Made by a program: the position numbers and the translations under genes. 64,000 bases of DNA from an uncultured Candidatus Saccharibacteria bacterium. Lineage in GTDB: Bacteria > Patescibacteriota > Minisyncoccia > Phycocordibacterales > UBA918. Shown here in pieces: positions 18,051-27,332 of this stretch. Within the stretch, counting starts at the first letter, position 1. Each line of letters begins with the position of its first letter. The stretch is taken from the NCBI GenBank assembly GCA_964350735.1, contig CAYGKO010000003.1, positions 52,452 to 116,451 on the forward strand, read 5' to 3'. The notes under the pieces are model-generated. The model saw only the letters and a list, made by a program, of their open reading frames with translations. It ran no database searches and was not told where the DNA came from.

Positions 18051-20000
18051 CTACCGCGTCTCCCACTTTTCTGCTGCTACTGCTTTATAGACAGTATCCA
18101 TTACTGCATTCACTTCCTCATCAGTGAGGGTTTTTTCGTTTGATTGAAACACTAAACGGAAGGCTAGGCTGGTCCGGCCGTCTTTGGTGAACTCATCGAC
18201 GAAGGTAGTACGGACTCGCAAATCTCCAGCTGCTTCATTGAGGACTTTTTCGACATCCCCTTTCGTCAAATCTTCCTCTGGAGAATTTGACACCCACATC
18301 GCGATGTCACGACTCATATGCTGGTAGAGTGAAAACGGCTCGTAGACAATCTCGTCAGCTGCTGCAACTGGCTCGTACGCGGTCGGTGCCGGTAGCGCAC
18401 TAAAGAGCTTCGTGAAGTTAATTTCAGCCACTCCTTTCTCAATAGTCCAATCGATTGGACTATTGAGAAGCGTTTCTATTTCAGTGCACACTGATTCTAA
18501 AATCTTATCTTCTTTGCCGGTATACCCGCTCGACTTTAGACGGACACCGAGGCAAAGTGCGATGTGTTCGGTAACTCCTAAGTCACCCCCCTTATCGAAG
18601 ACCGTCCCGATCTCAAATACCCTCGTATCAGTCGCGCCAAATAAATCAGTCCGACCAGCATTAGCGTCAAGTGTCTCGGTGATGTTTTTAATTAAAGATG
18701 AACGCAAAAAACTTTTATCACTCGCTAGTGCATTACGGAGTTGCACGGTATCTTTCTTTCGAAACGACGAAGTGATCACTTCAGAGAAGCCGAGCTGCAG
18801 TAAGCAGTCTCGTACTTTCTCGCTGTAATAATGTCGGGCATTTAGTTCAGTGAGGGCGATCGGTTCTGGTACAACTGACTCCACTTTGTCATAGCCATGC
18901 AGTCGACCGATCTCTTCAATGAAGTCTTCTTCAATAGTCAAATCAGTCCGCTCAGTAGGGCCAGTACACTGCAACACCTCATCTTCAATCACTACCGTGA
19001 TTCCAGCTCGTTCCAAAATAGCTACCATGGCAGGCACGGCAAGTGACAGCCCCAACAGAGCATTCACTGTCTCTGGACGCACGATGACTGTCGGCACTTT
19101 CAGCTCTTGCAGATACACATCCACCATACCTTCACACTGTCCACCGGCAATCTCCGTAATCAACTTGATGATATCGGCTTGCGCGTATGGTGGCAGAGCC
19201 CGTGACGGTTCGTTTTCAAAGCGCTTACTCGCATCAATCACAATCCCGAGGTTACGAGCTGTCTTCCGGGTGATAGTGGGGTTCCAGTGGGCAGCTTCGA
19301 TGATGACTTTCGTCGTATCAGCGTGCACACCAGCAAACCGACCACCCTTCACTCCAGCGAGTCCAATCGGTGTATTAGATGAATTATCTACCACCAAGAC
19401 TTCTGTACCGGTTAGTTCTACAACGCGATCTTCATCCTTGCCGCCTTCAGCGAGCAAGCTGACTGTCTCACCTACTTGTGCGTAGCGCACCCCAAACCGC
19501 CAGGCACCATCTACTTGCGGAAACAAATCGGCGTCATAAGCATGCAGTGGCTGCCCGAGCGCATACATAACGTAGTTAGTCGCATCGACAATATTATTGA
19601 TCGGACGTTGTCCGAGGGCTTGAAGGCGGGTCTGGAGCCAGGCCGGTGAGTCTTTGATTTCAATACCAGTAATGAGTGACGCCGTAAAGCGTGGACAGAT
19701 TTCAGCTGACTCAATATCAACACTAATAGTATCGAGTGGTGCAATCTCAGGAGTGTTTTGTAGCGGATCGTGGACCAACGACTGCTTAAGCAGCGTCGCA
19801 ATTTCTCGAGCAATTCCCCGATGACACAGACAGTCTGAAGACCGGTTCGGCAGCACATCAACATCAATTACCCAATCATCACCTTTTTGTTCAACCCCTT
19901 CAATTTCAAATGAGTGGAAGGTCAACAAACCAGCCAGCGCTTCAGCTGACGGAATATCGGCACCTAAATAATCTTGCAACCAGTTATACGAAACTAACAT
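18051..20000 (-). CDS. pheT: Phenylalanine--tRNA ligase beta subunit (short form)
   Basis: MLVSYNWL, PNRSSDCLCHRGIARE, INNIVDATNY, GQPLHAYD, ASKRFE, EEIGRLHGY, and an FDX-ACB C-terminus. Confidence 0.96.
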   Translation of the reverse strand: MLVSYNWLQDYLGADIPSAEALAGLLTFHSFEIEGVEQKGDDWVIDVDVLPNRSSDCLCHRGIAREIATLLKQSLVHDPLQNTPEIAPLDTISVDIESAEICPRFTASLITGIEIKDSPAWLQTRLQALGQRPINNIVDATNYVMYALGQPLHAYDADLFPQVDGAWRFGVRYAQVGETVSLLAEGGKDEDRVVELTGTEVLVVDNSSNTPIGLAGVKGGRFAGVHADTTKVIIEAAHWNPTITRKTARNLGIVIDASKRFENEPSRALPPYAQADIIKLITEIAGGQCEGMVDVYLQELKVPTVIVRPETVNALLGLSLAVPAMVAILERAGITVVIEDEVLQCTGPTERTDLTIEEDFIEEIGRLHGYDKVESVVPEPIALTELNARHYYSEKVRDCLLQLGFSEVITSSFRKKDTVQLRNALASDKSFLRSSLIKNITETLDANAGRTDLFGATDTRVFEIGTVFDKGGDLGVTEHIALCLGVRLKSSGYTGKEDKILESVCTEIETLLNSPIDWTIEKGVAEINFTKLFSALPAPTAYEPVAAADEIVYEPFSLYQHMSRDIAMWVSNSPEEDLTKGDVEKVLNEAAGDLRVRTTFVDEFTKDGRTSLAFRLVFQSNEKTLTDEEVNAVMDTVYKAVAAEKWETR

Positions 20001-20009
20001 ATCTAAAAA

Positions 20010-20741
20010 TTAAAACTGATTAACAAATCTTAGGTCCCCCGTATAGAGATCACGCACATCATTAATACCGTACTTCATGACGGCCAGACGATCAATTCCC
20101 ATTCCAAAGGCAAAACCAGAATATACCTCTGGATCAATCCCACAGTTACGAAGCACATTGGGGTGCACCATACCGGCGCCCATCATTTCTATCCACTTAC
20201 CTTTGAGCTTGGAGTCACCCGAGAGAATCTTCATATCTACTTCAACCCCTGGTTCTACAAACGGGAAGAAGCCAGGCCGGAAACGCACCTCTACTTCACC
20301 GCCAAGGAAACGTTCGAAGAAATATTCAAGCGTACCCTTAAGGTTTCCTAAGTGCACACCTTTATCTACCATCAAACCTTCACACTGATGAAACTGGGCT
20401 TCGTGCGTCGCGTCCGTGGCTTCGTTACGAAACACCTTCCCTGGCGCAATAATCCGAATCGGCGGCGTATGATTCTCCATGTAGCGAATCTGGATATTTG
20501 AAGTCTGCGTACGCAGCACCGTTGGCTCAGACACATCACTATCCTTAAACCAGAAGGTGTCTTGCATGTCTCGCGCGGGATGATCTTTTGGCACGTTCAG
20601 CTGATCGAAGTTGTAATGCTCGGTATCAACTTCTGGACCTTCCGCAAACACAAAACCGATCTCAGCAAAGATACTATTGATCTCGCTAATCATTTGCGTC
20701 AGCGGGTGCTGGTGGCCAATTTGTGTAGTTTCTGTTGTCAT
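20010..20741 (-). CDS. pheS: Phenylalanine--tRNA ligase alpha subunit (catalytic core only)
   Basis: Motifs GHQHP, HPARDMQDTF, LRTQTS, FHQCEG, FPFVEP, GAGMVHPNV and FAFGMGIDRL. Confidence 0.97.
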   Translation of the reverse strand: MTTETTQIGHQHPLTQMISEINSIFAEIGFVFAEGPEVDTEHYNFDQLNVPKDHPARDMQDTFWFKDSDVSEPTVLRTQTSNIQIRYMENHTPPIRIIAPGKVFRNEATDATHEAQFHQCEGLMVDKGVHLGNLKGTLEYFFERFLGGEVEVRFRPGFFPFVEPGVEVDMKILSGDSKLKGKWIEMMGAGMVHPNVLRNCGIDPEVYSGFAFGMGIDRLAVMKYGINDVRDLYTGDLRFVNQF

Positions 20742-20762
20742 AGTTTTAATACTACCAGAGGA

Positions 20763-21917
20763 TTATTCCGTGTCTAATGTCGTGAATACTTCAAAGTATA
20801 GTCCGTCCTCCGCAATGTAAATTTGTCCTCCATCGAGGATTACTTTAAATTCTGTACCGGGATATAGTAGCTGGGTATTCTGCCAAGCACGGTCGTCGAT
20901 CTCAGTGACATATAGTCCATCTTCAAGATGCAGTAACACCAAATCAGAACTGCCTGGTAAAAAATTAAAAAACTTTACATCTTGCTGTAAACGATCGAGC
21001 TTAATTGACGTACGACAATATTGATCATTATCAGTCAATGTTTCAGTACTGCTCGCAAGCTCAGCGAACACATCCTCTGCCACATGGGTTCCGTATAGAA
21101 TATCTAACGTACTGCTAGCGCCATAGGTAACACAAAAATAATACGGGGCTTCGTTTTGTACGCCACGCCACTGTAGCACCAGTTCTGTCCCAGACTCAGC
21201 AAAGCGCAGGTCACGACTAATAACCGTGGTAGTAGCTGATGACGTAGCTGCTGTAGTCGTAGGGGTTGCTGAACTAAACGTGAACGGTGCTTCAAGTCGG
21301 TCTTGCACTCGTTCAAGCAAAGTTGAATCAATCGTCGATGTAGCACGAAATAAATCTGCTACAAAGGTATGTTCAGGATTTTCTACACCAATTCGAGCCA
21401 GCTGGCTGGTACTGGTCGCAAACTGATTGGTAACTGAAGCATGCTGAAAAACTAAAGCTGACGTGCTAGCTACTGAGAGCAGCGATGTACCAGTTGCTGT
21501 TTGGTACGGTGTAATCAGTCGCACCTGAGCTTCTGTCGGCAAATTAAAAGAGAATGACTCTGTCACAATCCCCGGAAAGATCGACAGCTCTTTAACCCAC
21601 GTTTGCAAGCCAGGAGCTTGGACGTGCACCCGGTGCTGGCCTGAAGTAATATCTTCTAAATACAAAGCTCGTCTGAACAGTCGGCTTTTATCGATTGGGG
21701 ACTCATCAATGTACACATCAATGTCATCAAGATCATTACCAAGATAAATACCGCCCATACTAACAATGGTCGTCTCTTCATCATCAAACACTAATCGGTT
21801 ACCCGAAGTATAAAAAATCAACGCTGGCATTGCCATAATAAAAATCAAAAAACAAGACCAGAACACGACGACGCGTTTGCGATACGATAACACTGAAATT
21901 TGTGGTTCTTCTGGCAT
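20763..21917 (-). CDS. Membrane-anchored protein with PEGA-like domain
   Basis: N-terminal TM, IDVYIDE...ITSGQHRVHVQAPGLQTWVKEL, S/T-rich middle. Confidence 0.75.
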   Translation of the reverse strand: MPEEPQISVLSYRKRVVVFWSCFLIFIMAMPALIFYTSGNRLVFDDEETTIVSMGGIYLGNDLDDIDVYIDESPIDKSRLFRRALYLEDITSGQHRVHVQAPGLQTWVKELSIFPGIVTESFSFNLPTEAQVRLITPYQTATGTSLLSVASTSALVFQHASVTNQFATSTSQLARIGVENPEHTFVADLFRATSTIDSTLLERVQDRLEAPFTFSSATPTTTAATSSATTTVISRDLRFAESGTELVLQWRGVQNEAPYYFCVTYGASSTLDILYGTHVAEDVFAELASSTETLTDNDQYCRTSIKLDRLQQDVKFFNFLPGSSDLVLLHLEDGLYVTEIDDRAWQNTQLLYPGTEFKVILDGGQIYIAEDGLYFEVFTTLDTE

Positions 21918-21923
21918 ATTAGT

Positions 21924-23516
21924 TTATGAATTTTTACTCCCTTTTGGCGTCACCCAGAATCCCAGATAACGACCGAACATCAGTCGCGTCTGAGCTTCAA
22001 GTCCTGGCAACGCACTAAACGCTACCATTGTGATTGGGACCATAATCCACTGCAGCGCCATCACTACGTACTTAAAGCGGCTATGCCCATCGGGGCGTTC
22101 TGGCATCAGGGAGATCGAAATCACTGAAGACAAAACTAATCCAAGCATCGCTGCAGTCAGTAGGTTACGGACCAAGATCGGCAACTCATACGACAGTACC
22201 GTCTGGTGGAACGCAGCAGTCCCCAAGAAGATCGGTGCCCATCCTAAGATAAACAGAATCAGTGGATTCGTAGCGAGCGACCAGTACCCTTCCCCTTGCA
22301 GTGCACCCACCACCAAACGCTTACGCAGTGGGATCGATTTGTTCTTAACAAAGTGATACGTGATGTAGCACCAGTTCTCAGTTCCATACGACCAACGTCG
22401 GTGCTGCTTATAAATATTTTTGACCGTCCCCCATAAGCTCGGAGCTACTGTAGCGTCCATCGCCACCGGATACGAAAGCGGCACAATATCAAAATTACCA
22501 TTATTTGCGACAAATAGATTCCAGTAGATTCGTGAGTCCTCACTGACTACATTGGCTTGACCATAGCCGATCTCCCAAAGGGCCTGAAAGCTCACTGAGT
22601 GCGAAGAGAAAGTAGCCGCTCGGTCTGGTCGTTCTTGGGTAATCATCTGCCAGAACGTACTACTCATCGCCATCACCCGAGAAATAGCTGGCGCTTCCCA
22701 GAAATTATTTACAAATAGGGGCACTGGCTGGTAAGCCGACTTATAGGGTTGCTCAGCTGTCATGAAGTGCCAAATCAGGCAATTGAAATAATCAGGATAC
22801 ACCACGGTATCTATATCAAAAACTGAAACGAGTACGTTCTTATACTCAATATTCTGCACATCAAGGATCCCTTCTCGCACCTTACCAAGCGCCCAGTGCA
22901 CGTTGGAACCCTTACCAGCAATTTCACCCGTAATATCATTTGGATGTTCGGTCACTAGAATATTTGGAAATATGTCTTGCCACTTCTCTTTAGCTGCGTA
23001 CCCACGCGCGATCGCTTCTTCACCAGCACGTGACTCTGCTGCCAATACGACAATTAATTTTTCCTTATCATATTTCACTTCGCTCAATGCCCGCATCGTC
23101 GCTTCAATCACTTCAGTTGGCTCTTTATAATATGGAAACACCAACACGTGATGAAATTGGTTATAAGTAAATCGCGACACTAACTGTTCCCAGTCGAGAC
23201 TCATGTGGTGCTTCAGTCGTTTCCAGTTATAGCGCACGTGATACGACAAGAAGGCCGTCTTGAGCACCCAGTATACTGAGAACGCAATAATAAAATACGC
23301 CGCCCAAAATGACGCGTAGATTGAAGCTAATACAATACCGATCAAAAAAGCCCACGCTAGAAAACCGGGCACTATCTCAAGAAACCGATATAAAATTCGA
23401 TCACGACCAGACAGCTCGTTGGCTCGGGCTACCTTAAAATCGCTCCGGGTTGCGTAAGGAAGCACGTGCGTCTTGTCCGACGTCAGTTCTGAATGGGAGG
23501 CATCTAGTTGGTCCAT
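21924..23516 (-). CDS. Membrane glycosyltransferase family 2 protein
   Basis: TMs at both ends, PYYKEP, GKGSN, FDIDT (DxD), SEDSR and KQHRRW (QxxRW). Confidence 0.88.
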   Translation of the reverse strand: MDQLDASHSELTSDKTHVLPYATRSDFKVARANELSGRDRILYRFLEIVPGFLAWAFLIGIVLASIYASFWAAYFIIAFSVYWVLKTAFLSYHVRYNWKRLKHHMSLDWEQLVSRFTYNQFHHVLVFPYYKEPTEVIEATMRALSEVKYDKEKLIVVLAAESRAGEEAIARGYAAKEKWQDIFPNILVTEHPNDITGEIAGKGSNVHWALGKVREGILDVQNIEYKNVLVSVFDIDTVVYPDYFNCLIWHFMTAEQPYKSAYQPVPLFVNNFWEAPAISRVMAMSSTFWQMITQERPDRAATFSSHSVSFQALWEIGYGQANVVSEDSRIYWNLFVANNGNFDIVPLSYPVAMDATVAPSLWGTVKNIYKQHRRWSYGTENWCYITYHFVKNKSIPLRKRLVVGALQGEGYWSLATNPLILFILGWAPIFLGTAAFHQTVLSYELPILVRNLLTAAMLGLVLSSVISISLMPERPDGHSRFKYVVMALQWIMVPITMVAFSALPGLEAQTRLMFGRYLGFWVTPKGSKNS

Positions 23517-23590
23517 ACAATAATAGGGCTACTATACCCTATTTTAGGTATATTTAAAGGTGTTTTAGTCACGCACTACTGTATGCTGTT

Positions 23591-23758
23591 GGCCACGCTG
23601 TATGGCAAGCATACAGCGTGGCCTCACCTCGCGGCTCGTAAATTTCAGTACTCCGGCTTGACTCAGATAAAGCACAAAATAAATTTACCTACTGACAAAG
23701 ACCGCTCACACCATCTTTTTGACCTGGGCCACCTGTATGGCAATCATACAGCGTGGCC
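23591..23758. repeat. Two copies of a ~33-bp REP-like hairpin
   Basis: ggccacgctgtatg-gcaag-catacagcgtggcc (23591-23623) and ggccacctgtatg-gcaat-catacagcgtggcc (23727-23758), both followed by tcac. Confidence 0.85.
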
Positions 23759-23794
23759 TCACTCGGAAGTGGGCGTCTGAACGGAGTTCAGACT

Positions 23795-23856
23795 AGAGTA
23801 AACAAAATAGCTGCGTATGAAAGTTTACTTTCATACGCAGCTATTTTGTTTACTCT
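23795..23856. repeat. Perfect 30-bp inverted repeat with a 2-nt spacer
   Basis: agagtaaacaaaatagctgcgtatgaaagt-tt-actttcatacgcagctattttgtttactct. Confidence 0.9.
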
Positions 23857-23893
23857 CCCGTTCGTTTCACTCACTCCACTCCTCTCGTATCGG

Positions 23894-23966
23894 AGCCACC
23901 TGTCAGATTCGAACTGACGACCTGCGGTTTACAAAACCGATGCTCTACCAACTGAGCTAAGGTGGC
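23894..23966 (-). tRNA. tRNA-Thr(UGU)
   Basis: Minus strand reads GCCACCTTAGCTCAGTTGGTAGAGC...GGTTTTGTAAACC...GTTCGAATC...AGGTGGCT. Anticodon is TGT. The gene is followed by CCG, so CCA is not fully encoded. Confidence 0.96.
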
Positions 23967-24016
23967 GGTAATTTGGTCGAGGTATTATTGCAATTTCTGA
24001 CGAAAAAGCAAGTTAC

Positions 24017-24442
24017 TTACCCCTTGAGACTTTTCTCACGTAGAGATACTTTTTCTGCATCACTAAGTGAAGTTGCTTCTTTATGCTCTGCGATTGAATC
24101 GAGATGAGAATTTTCTTTTTCTGATTTTATAGACTTAACCACTGAACGATTTCGTCTTTGCAAAAGAAGGATTTGGCTTTGGCCAAATTGCAAAACAGCT
24201 AAGCAGGCAGCTAGTACAGTATGAATAACAAAGTGAATCACAATACGCACCGTACCAACTCCCAGCCACGTTCCGATTTTAGTACAAAGCAACCAAAATG
24301 CACTCACAATACGATCAAGAAATGAGCGAAATTTTAATAGAAATAAGCGACTGCCACGCACGTGCTCTGCATGAAACAATAAACCAAGCGCTGCTAATAT
24401 AGCAGCGCTTGATCCAGCAATAATGAGACTAATCTCTAACAT
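24017..24442 (-). CDS. Hypothetical membrane protein
   Basis: 141-aa ORF with hydrophobic helices, 4 nt downstream of tsf. Confidence 0.75.
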   Translation of the reverse strand: MLEISLIIAGSSAAILAALGLLFHAEHVRGSRLFLLKFRSFLDRIVSAFWLLCTKIGTWLGVGTVRIVIHFVIHTVLAACLAVLQFGQSQILLLQRRNRSVVKSIKSEKENSHLDSIAEHKEATSLSDAEKVSLREKSLKG

Positions 24443-24446
24443 CCTT

Positions 24447-25031
24447 CTATTTTATACTCAAACGTTCGATTGCTACAACCGATACGTTTTCACCAAACTT
24501 CTGGACTGCTCCTGCCACCATTTCTCCAATAGTTGTATCCGGATTCTTGATGAATGGTTGTTCCAGTAAGATCTGTTCTTTGAAATATGAACTCAGCTTC
24601 CCTTCCATGATCTTTTCCTGCATTTCAGCTGGCTTATCTGCCATTTCAGCAGCAAATACTTCTTTAGCTTTAGTGATTGCAGTCTCGTCAACTTCGTCTC
24701 GTGCAATATATTTTGGCGCCTGCGCTGCAACGTGCATTGCGATGTCTCGTGCAATTGCTACAAACTCCTCATTTTTTGATACGAAGTCAGTCTCACAAGC
24801 GAGGTGAACCATCGCTGCTACTTCGTTTGTATTGTGGGTGTACACACCAATCGCTCCAGCACCAAACTCACGATCTGATTTTTTATCAGCTGCTTCACTT
24901 CGCTTTTTCTTCAGAATAATAAGTGCCTTGTCCATATCACCAGCGGCTTCTTCTAAGGACTTCTTACACTGCATCACAGAAATACCTGTTTTGTCTCGCA
25001 ATTCTTTAATTTGGGCTGAAGTAATCTCCAT
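24447..25031 (-). CDS. tsf: Elongation factor Ts (short form)
   Basis: Motifs IKELRDKTG..MQCKK, CETDFV, IAMHVAA and LLEQPFIK. Confidence 0.97.
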   Translation of the reverse strand: MEITSAQIKELRDKTGISVMQCKKSLEEAAGDMDKALIILKKKRSEAADKKSDREFGAGAIGVYTHNTNEVAAMVHLACETDFVSKNEEFVAIARDIAMHVAAQAPKYIARDEVDETAITKAKEVFAAEMADKPAEMQEKIMEGKLSSYFKEQILLEQPFIKNPDTTIGEMVAGAVQKFGENVSVVAIERLSIK

Positions 25032-25074
25032 ACAATAAAATAACTAAATTACTAAATCAGTGCTACCACTGAAA

Positions 25075-25839
25075 TTATGCTCGTCGTGCTTCAGGTCGTC
25101 GGGTTCGAGCTGGTCGTTCAACTGGCTTTGGTACAAACTCAGTTTTACCTGCCATCAAGGCAGCTGTCAGTTCTTCGAGTACCAGACTGATACTAGATTG
25201 TAGCGCGTCGTTTACCACAACAGGGTGTGTCACCAAACTGGTGTTGTTATCAGAACTCATGATTCCAATTACTGGGATACCAATTTCATTTGCCTCTGTC
25301 ACTGCGATTGAATCATGACGCGGGTCAACTACCACCATCAGATTAGGAGTTTTATCTAGTGTTTTGATACCACCAAAATTGAAATTTAATTTCTCGATTT
25401 CACGGCCAATAACTACGCGTTCTTTTTTAATGTACTTTCGCTCTAACTCACCACTTTCACCTTCTACGGTTAGTTTCTGGAGTCGATCAATTCGTTTTTT
25501 GATCTCTGAAAAATTTGTAAGTGCTCCACCGATCCAGCGGTTTGTAACGTATGGCATTTCTGCCTTTTCTGCTGCTGCTTTTACCAGCTTTGCGGCTTCG
25601 TCTTTAGTAGAAACAAATAGTACAGTTTTACCATCTTTGCCGGCAGTATGTAGTACCTGCTTTGCATCATCGATAAGTGTCGAAACTTTTTCAAGATCAA
25701 AAATATCAGTTCCCTGCTTGTTACCAAAGAGGTATGGCTTCACTGTTGGGTGCCGTCGACTCTTTGAAAACCCAAAGTGCGAACCAGCAGAAAAGAGGCG
25801 CTCAATGAGTGATTGGTTGTTTTGTGTATCAGTTGACAT
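25075..25839 (-). CDS. rpsB: 30S ribosomal protein S2
   Basis: Motifs AGSHFG, FVSTK, RWIGGALTN and AVTEAN..GIPVI. Start set at ATG 25839. Upstream of tsf. Confidence 0.96.
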   Translation of the reverse strand: MSTDTQNNQSLIERLFSAGSHFGFSKSRRHPTVKPYLFGNKQGTDIFDLEKVSTLIDDAKQVLHTAGKDGKTVLFVSTKDEAAKLVKAAAEKAEMPYVTNRWIGGALTNFSEIKKRIDRLQKLTVEGESGELERKYIKKERVVIGREIEKLNFNFGGIKTLDKTPNLMVVVDPRHDSIAVTEANEIGIPVIGIMSSDNNTSLVTHPVVVNDALQSSISLVLEELTAALMAGKTEFVPKPVERPARTRRPEARRA

Positions 25840-25925
25840 ATATAAGATAAAAACGCGATGTAGCGCGCTAACGGGTAGAACAGTACCATAGCCGCCAGCT
25901 ATGTGCAATAGAAAATAAGACTGTA

Positions 25926-26912
25926 TTAGAGGTCTAAATCAGCTTCTGCTTGCGAGAGAGCGGTAAAAATGTCATCAAGCTGACCTCCCATCACACCATC
26001 GATATTGTGCCAGCTCTCTTTGATCCTGTGGTCAGTGATTCGATTTTGAGGAAAATTGTAGGTTCGAATTTTTTCTGACCGATCCCCTGTTCCAATCTGG
26101 TTCTTGCGAACCGCAGCGTGTTTCCGAGCCTCTTCTTCTTCATGCATCACTTCCAACTTTGCAATCAGCATCGTCATTGCTTTTTCACGGTTCTTAAGCT
26201 GTGACCGATCAGACTCACAACGCACATCAACACCAGTTGGACGGTGTATTACTCGAACTGCAGTTTCGACCTTGTTTACGTTTTGACCACCAGCTCCACC
26301 AGATCGAGAAAACTCCATATCAATATCACCAGGGCTGATTTCAATAGTCGGTTTTTTTCGCATTGGTAGCACCGCCACAGTAACAGTCGAAGTGTGAATT
26401 CTCCCTTGTTTTTCTGTCGCTGGGATACGCTGTACTCGATGCACGCCCGTTTCGTACTTAAAGGCATCATAGACAGCTGGACTTAAAATTTCAAAAGAAG
26501 CATCTTTATACCCCACGCCTGCAGACGCTACTGAAACATTGTTCCGGGTGGTTTGCCACTCTTTTACTTCTGCATATTTAAGATACATCTGAGCTAACTC
26601 CTCGGCAAAAAGTGCCGCTTCGTCACCTCCGGCCCCTGCTCGTACCTCAAGCATAACCCCGTATGGTTTTGCTTCTTCCTCTCGACTCGCTTCAATAATC
26701 CGATCCATTTCGGCAAACTGATCTTCTAGCTGTGAAGTAAGCTCAGCAATCTCATCTTCGGCAAGTACAGCCATCTCAGGATCAGTTGCCGCCAAGGCTT
26801 GTGCTTCTTCTAATTGAGTCACGACCGTGTCGTATTGTGTCATTAAAAACTGTGTTTTTTGGTGCTCACGAAATGATTGAAGTTTTTCGGCTGTCTGGTC
26901 TGTTTCTTCCAT
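25926..26912 (-). CDS. prfA: Peptide chain release factor 1
   Basis: [18 protein letters not shown] (PxT, RF1 type), [10 protein letters not shown] and [11 protein letters not shown]. Start set at ATG 26912. Confidence 0.95.
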   Translation of the reverse strand: MEETDQTAEKLQSFREHQKTQFLMTQYDTVVTQLEEAQALAATDPEMAVLAEDEIAELTSQLEDQFAEMDRIIEASREEEAKPYGVMLEVRAGAGGDEAALFAEELAQMYLKYAEVKEWQTTRNNVSVASAGVGYKDASFEILSPAVYDAFKYETGVHRVQRIPATEKQGRIHTSTVTVAVLPMRKKPTIEISPGDIDMEFSRSGGAGGQNVNKVETAVRVIHRPTGVDVRCESDRSQLKNREKAMTMLIAKLEVMHEEEEARKHAAVRKNQIGTGDRSEKIRTYNFPQNRITDHRIKESWHNIDGVMGGQLDDIFTALSQAEADLDL

Positions 26913-26938
26913 AGGTATATTTATACTATAGCAGCAAT

Positions 26939-26980
26939 ACAAAAGCCGCTGTTTTGTCTAGGCAAAACAGCGGCTTTTGT
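26939..26980. terminator. Intrinsic terminator after rpmE
   Basis: acaaaagccgctgttttg-tctagg-caaaacagcggcttttgt. Confidence 0.85.
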
Positions 26981-26982
26981 CG

Positions 26983-27246
26983 CTACGCTTTTTTCTTCCC
27001 AGCTTTTGAGGCTCGTGCCTTGAATCGTTCTACTCGTCCAGCAGTATCCATTACCTTTTCTTGACCAGTATAGAACGGGTGTGATGCACTTGAAACATCC
27101 ACACGCTTCATTGGGTATTCAGTACCGTCTGTCCACTTATCAGTCTCTGTCGTTGCAACAGTAGAGCCGATCAAAAATCGCTCCTCACTTGAGTCATCAT
27201 GGAAGATAACGAGACGGTAGTTTTTTGGGTGAATATCAGTTTTCAT
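26983..27246 (-). CDS. rpmE: 50S ribosomal protein L31, type B (Zn-independent)
   Basis: [24 protein letters not shown] and GRVERF, with no Cys. An alternative GTG start lies at 27261. Confidence 0.95.
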   Translation of the reverse strand: MKTDIHPKNYRLVIFHDDSSEERFLIGSTVATTETDKWTDGTEYPMKRVDVSSASHPFYTGQEKVMDTAGRVERFKARASKAGKKKA

Positions 27247-27332
27247 ATTGTTTGTGGCCACATTTATTCAGCGACCGGTATATTTAGTAGTGCGGGAACT
27301 ATATCAGAATATTTGTAAACCGCAATAGATCT

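Noticed and set aside
23591-23758. Possible mini CRISPR array
   Set aside because: There are only two repeats, the gap is about 103 bp, the units are fully palindromic, and no cas genes are in the window.
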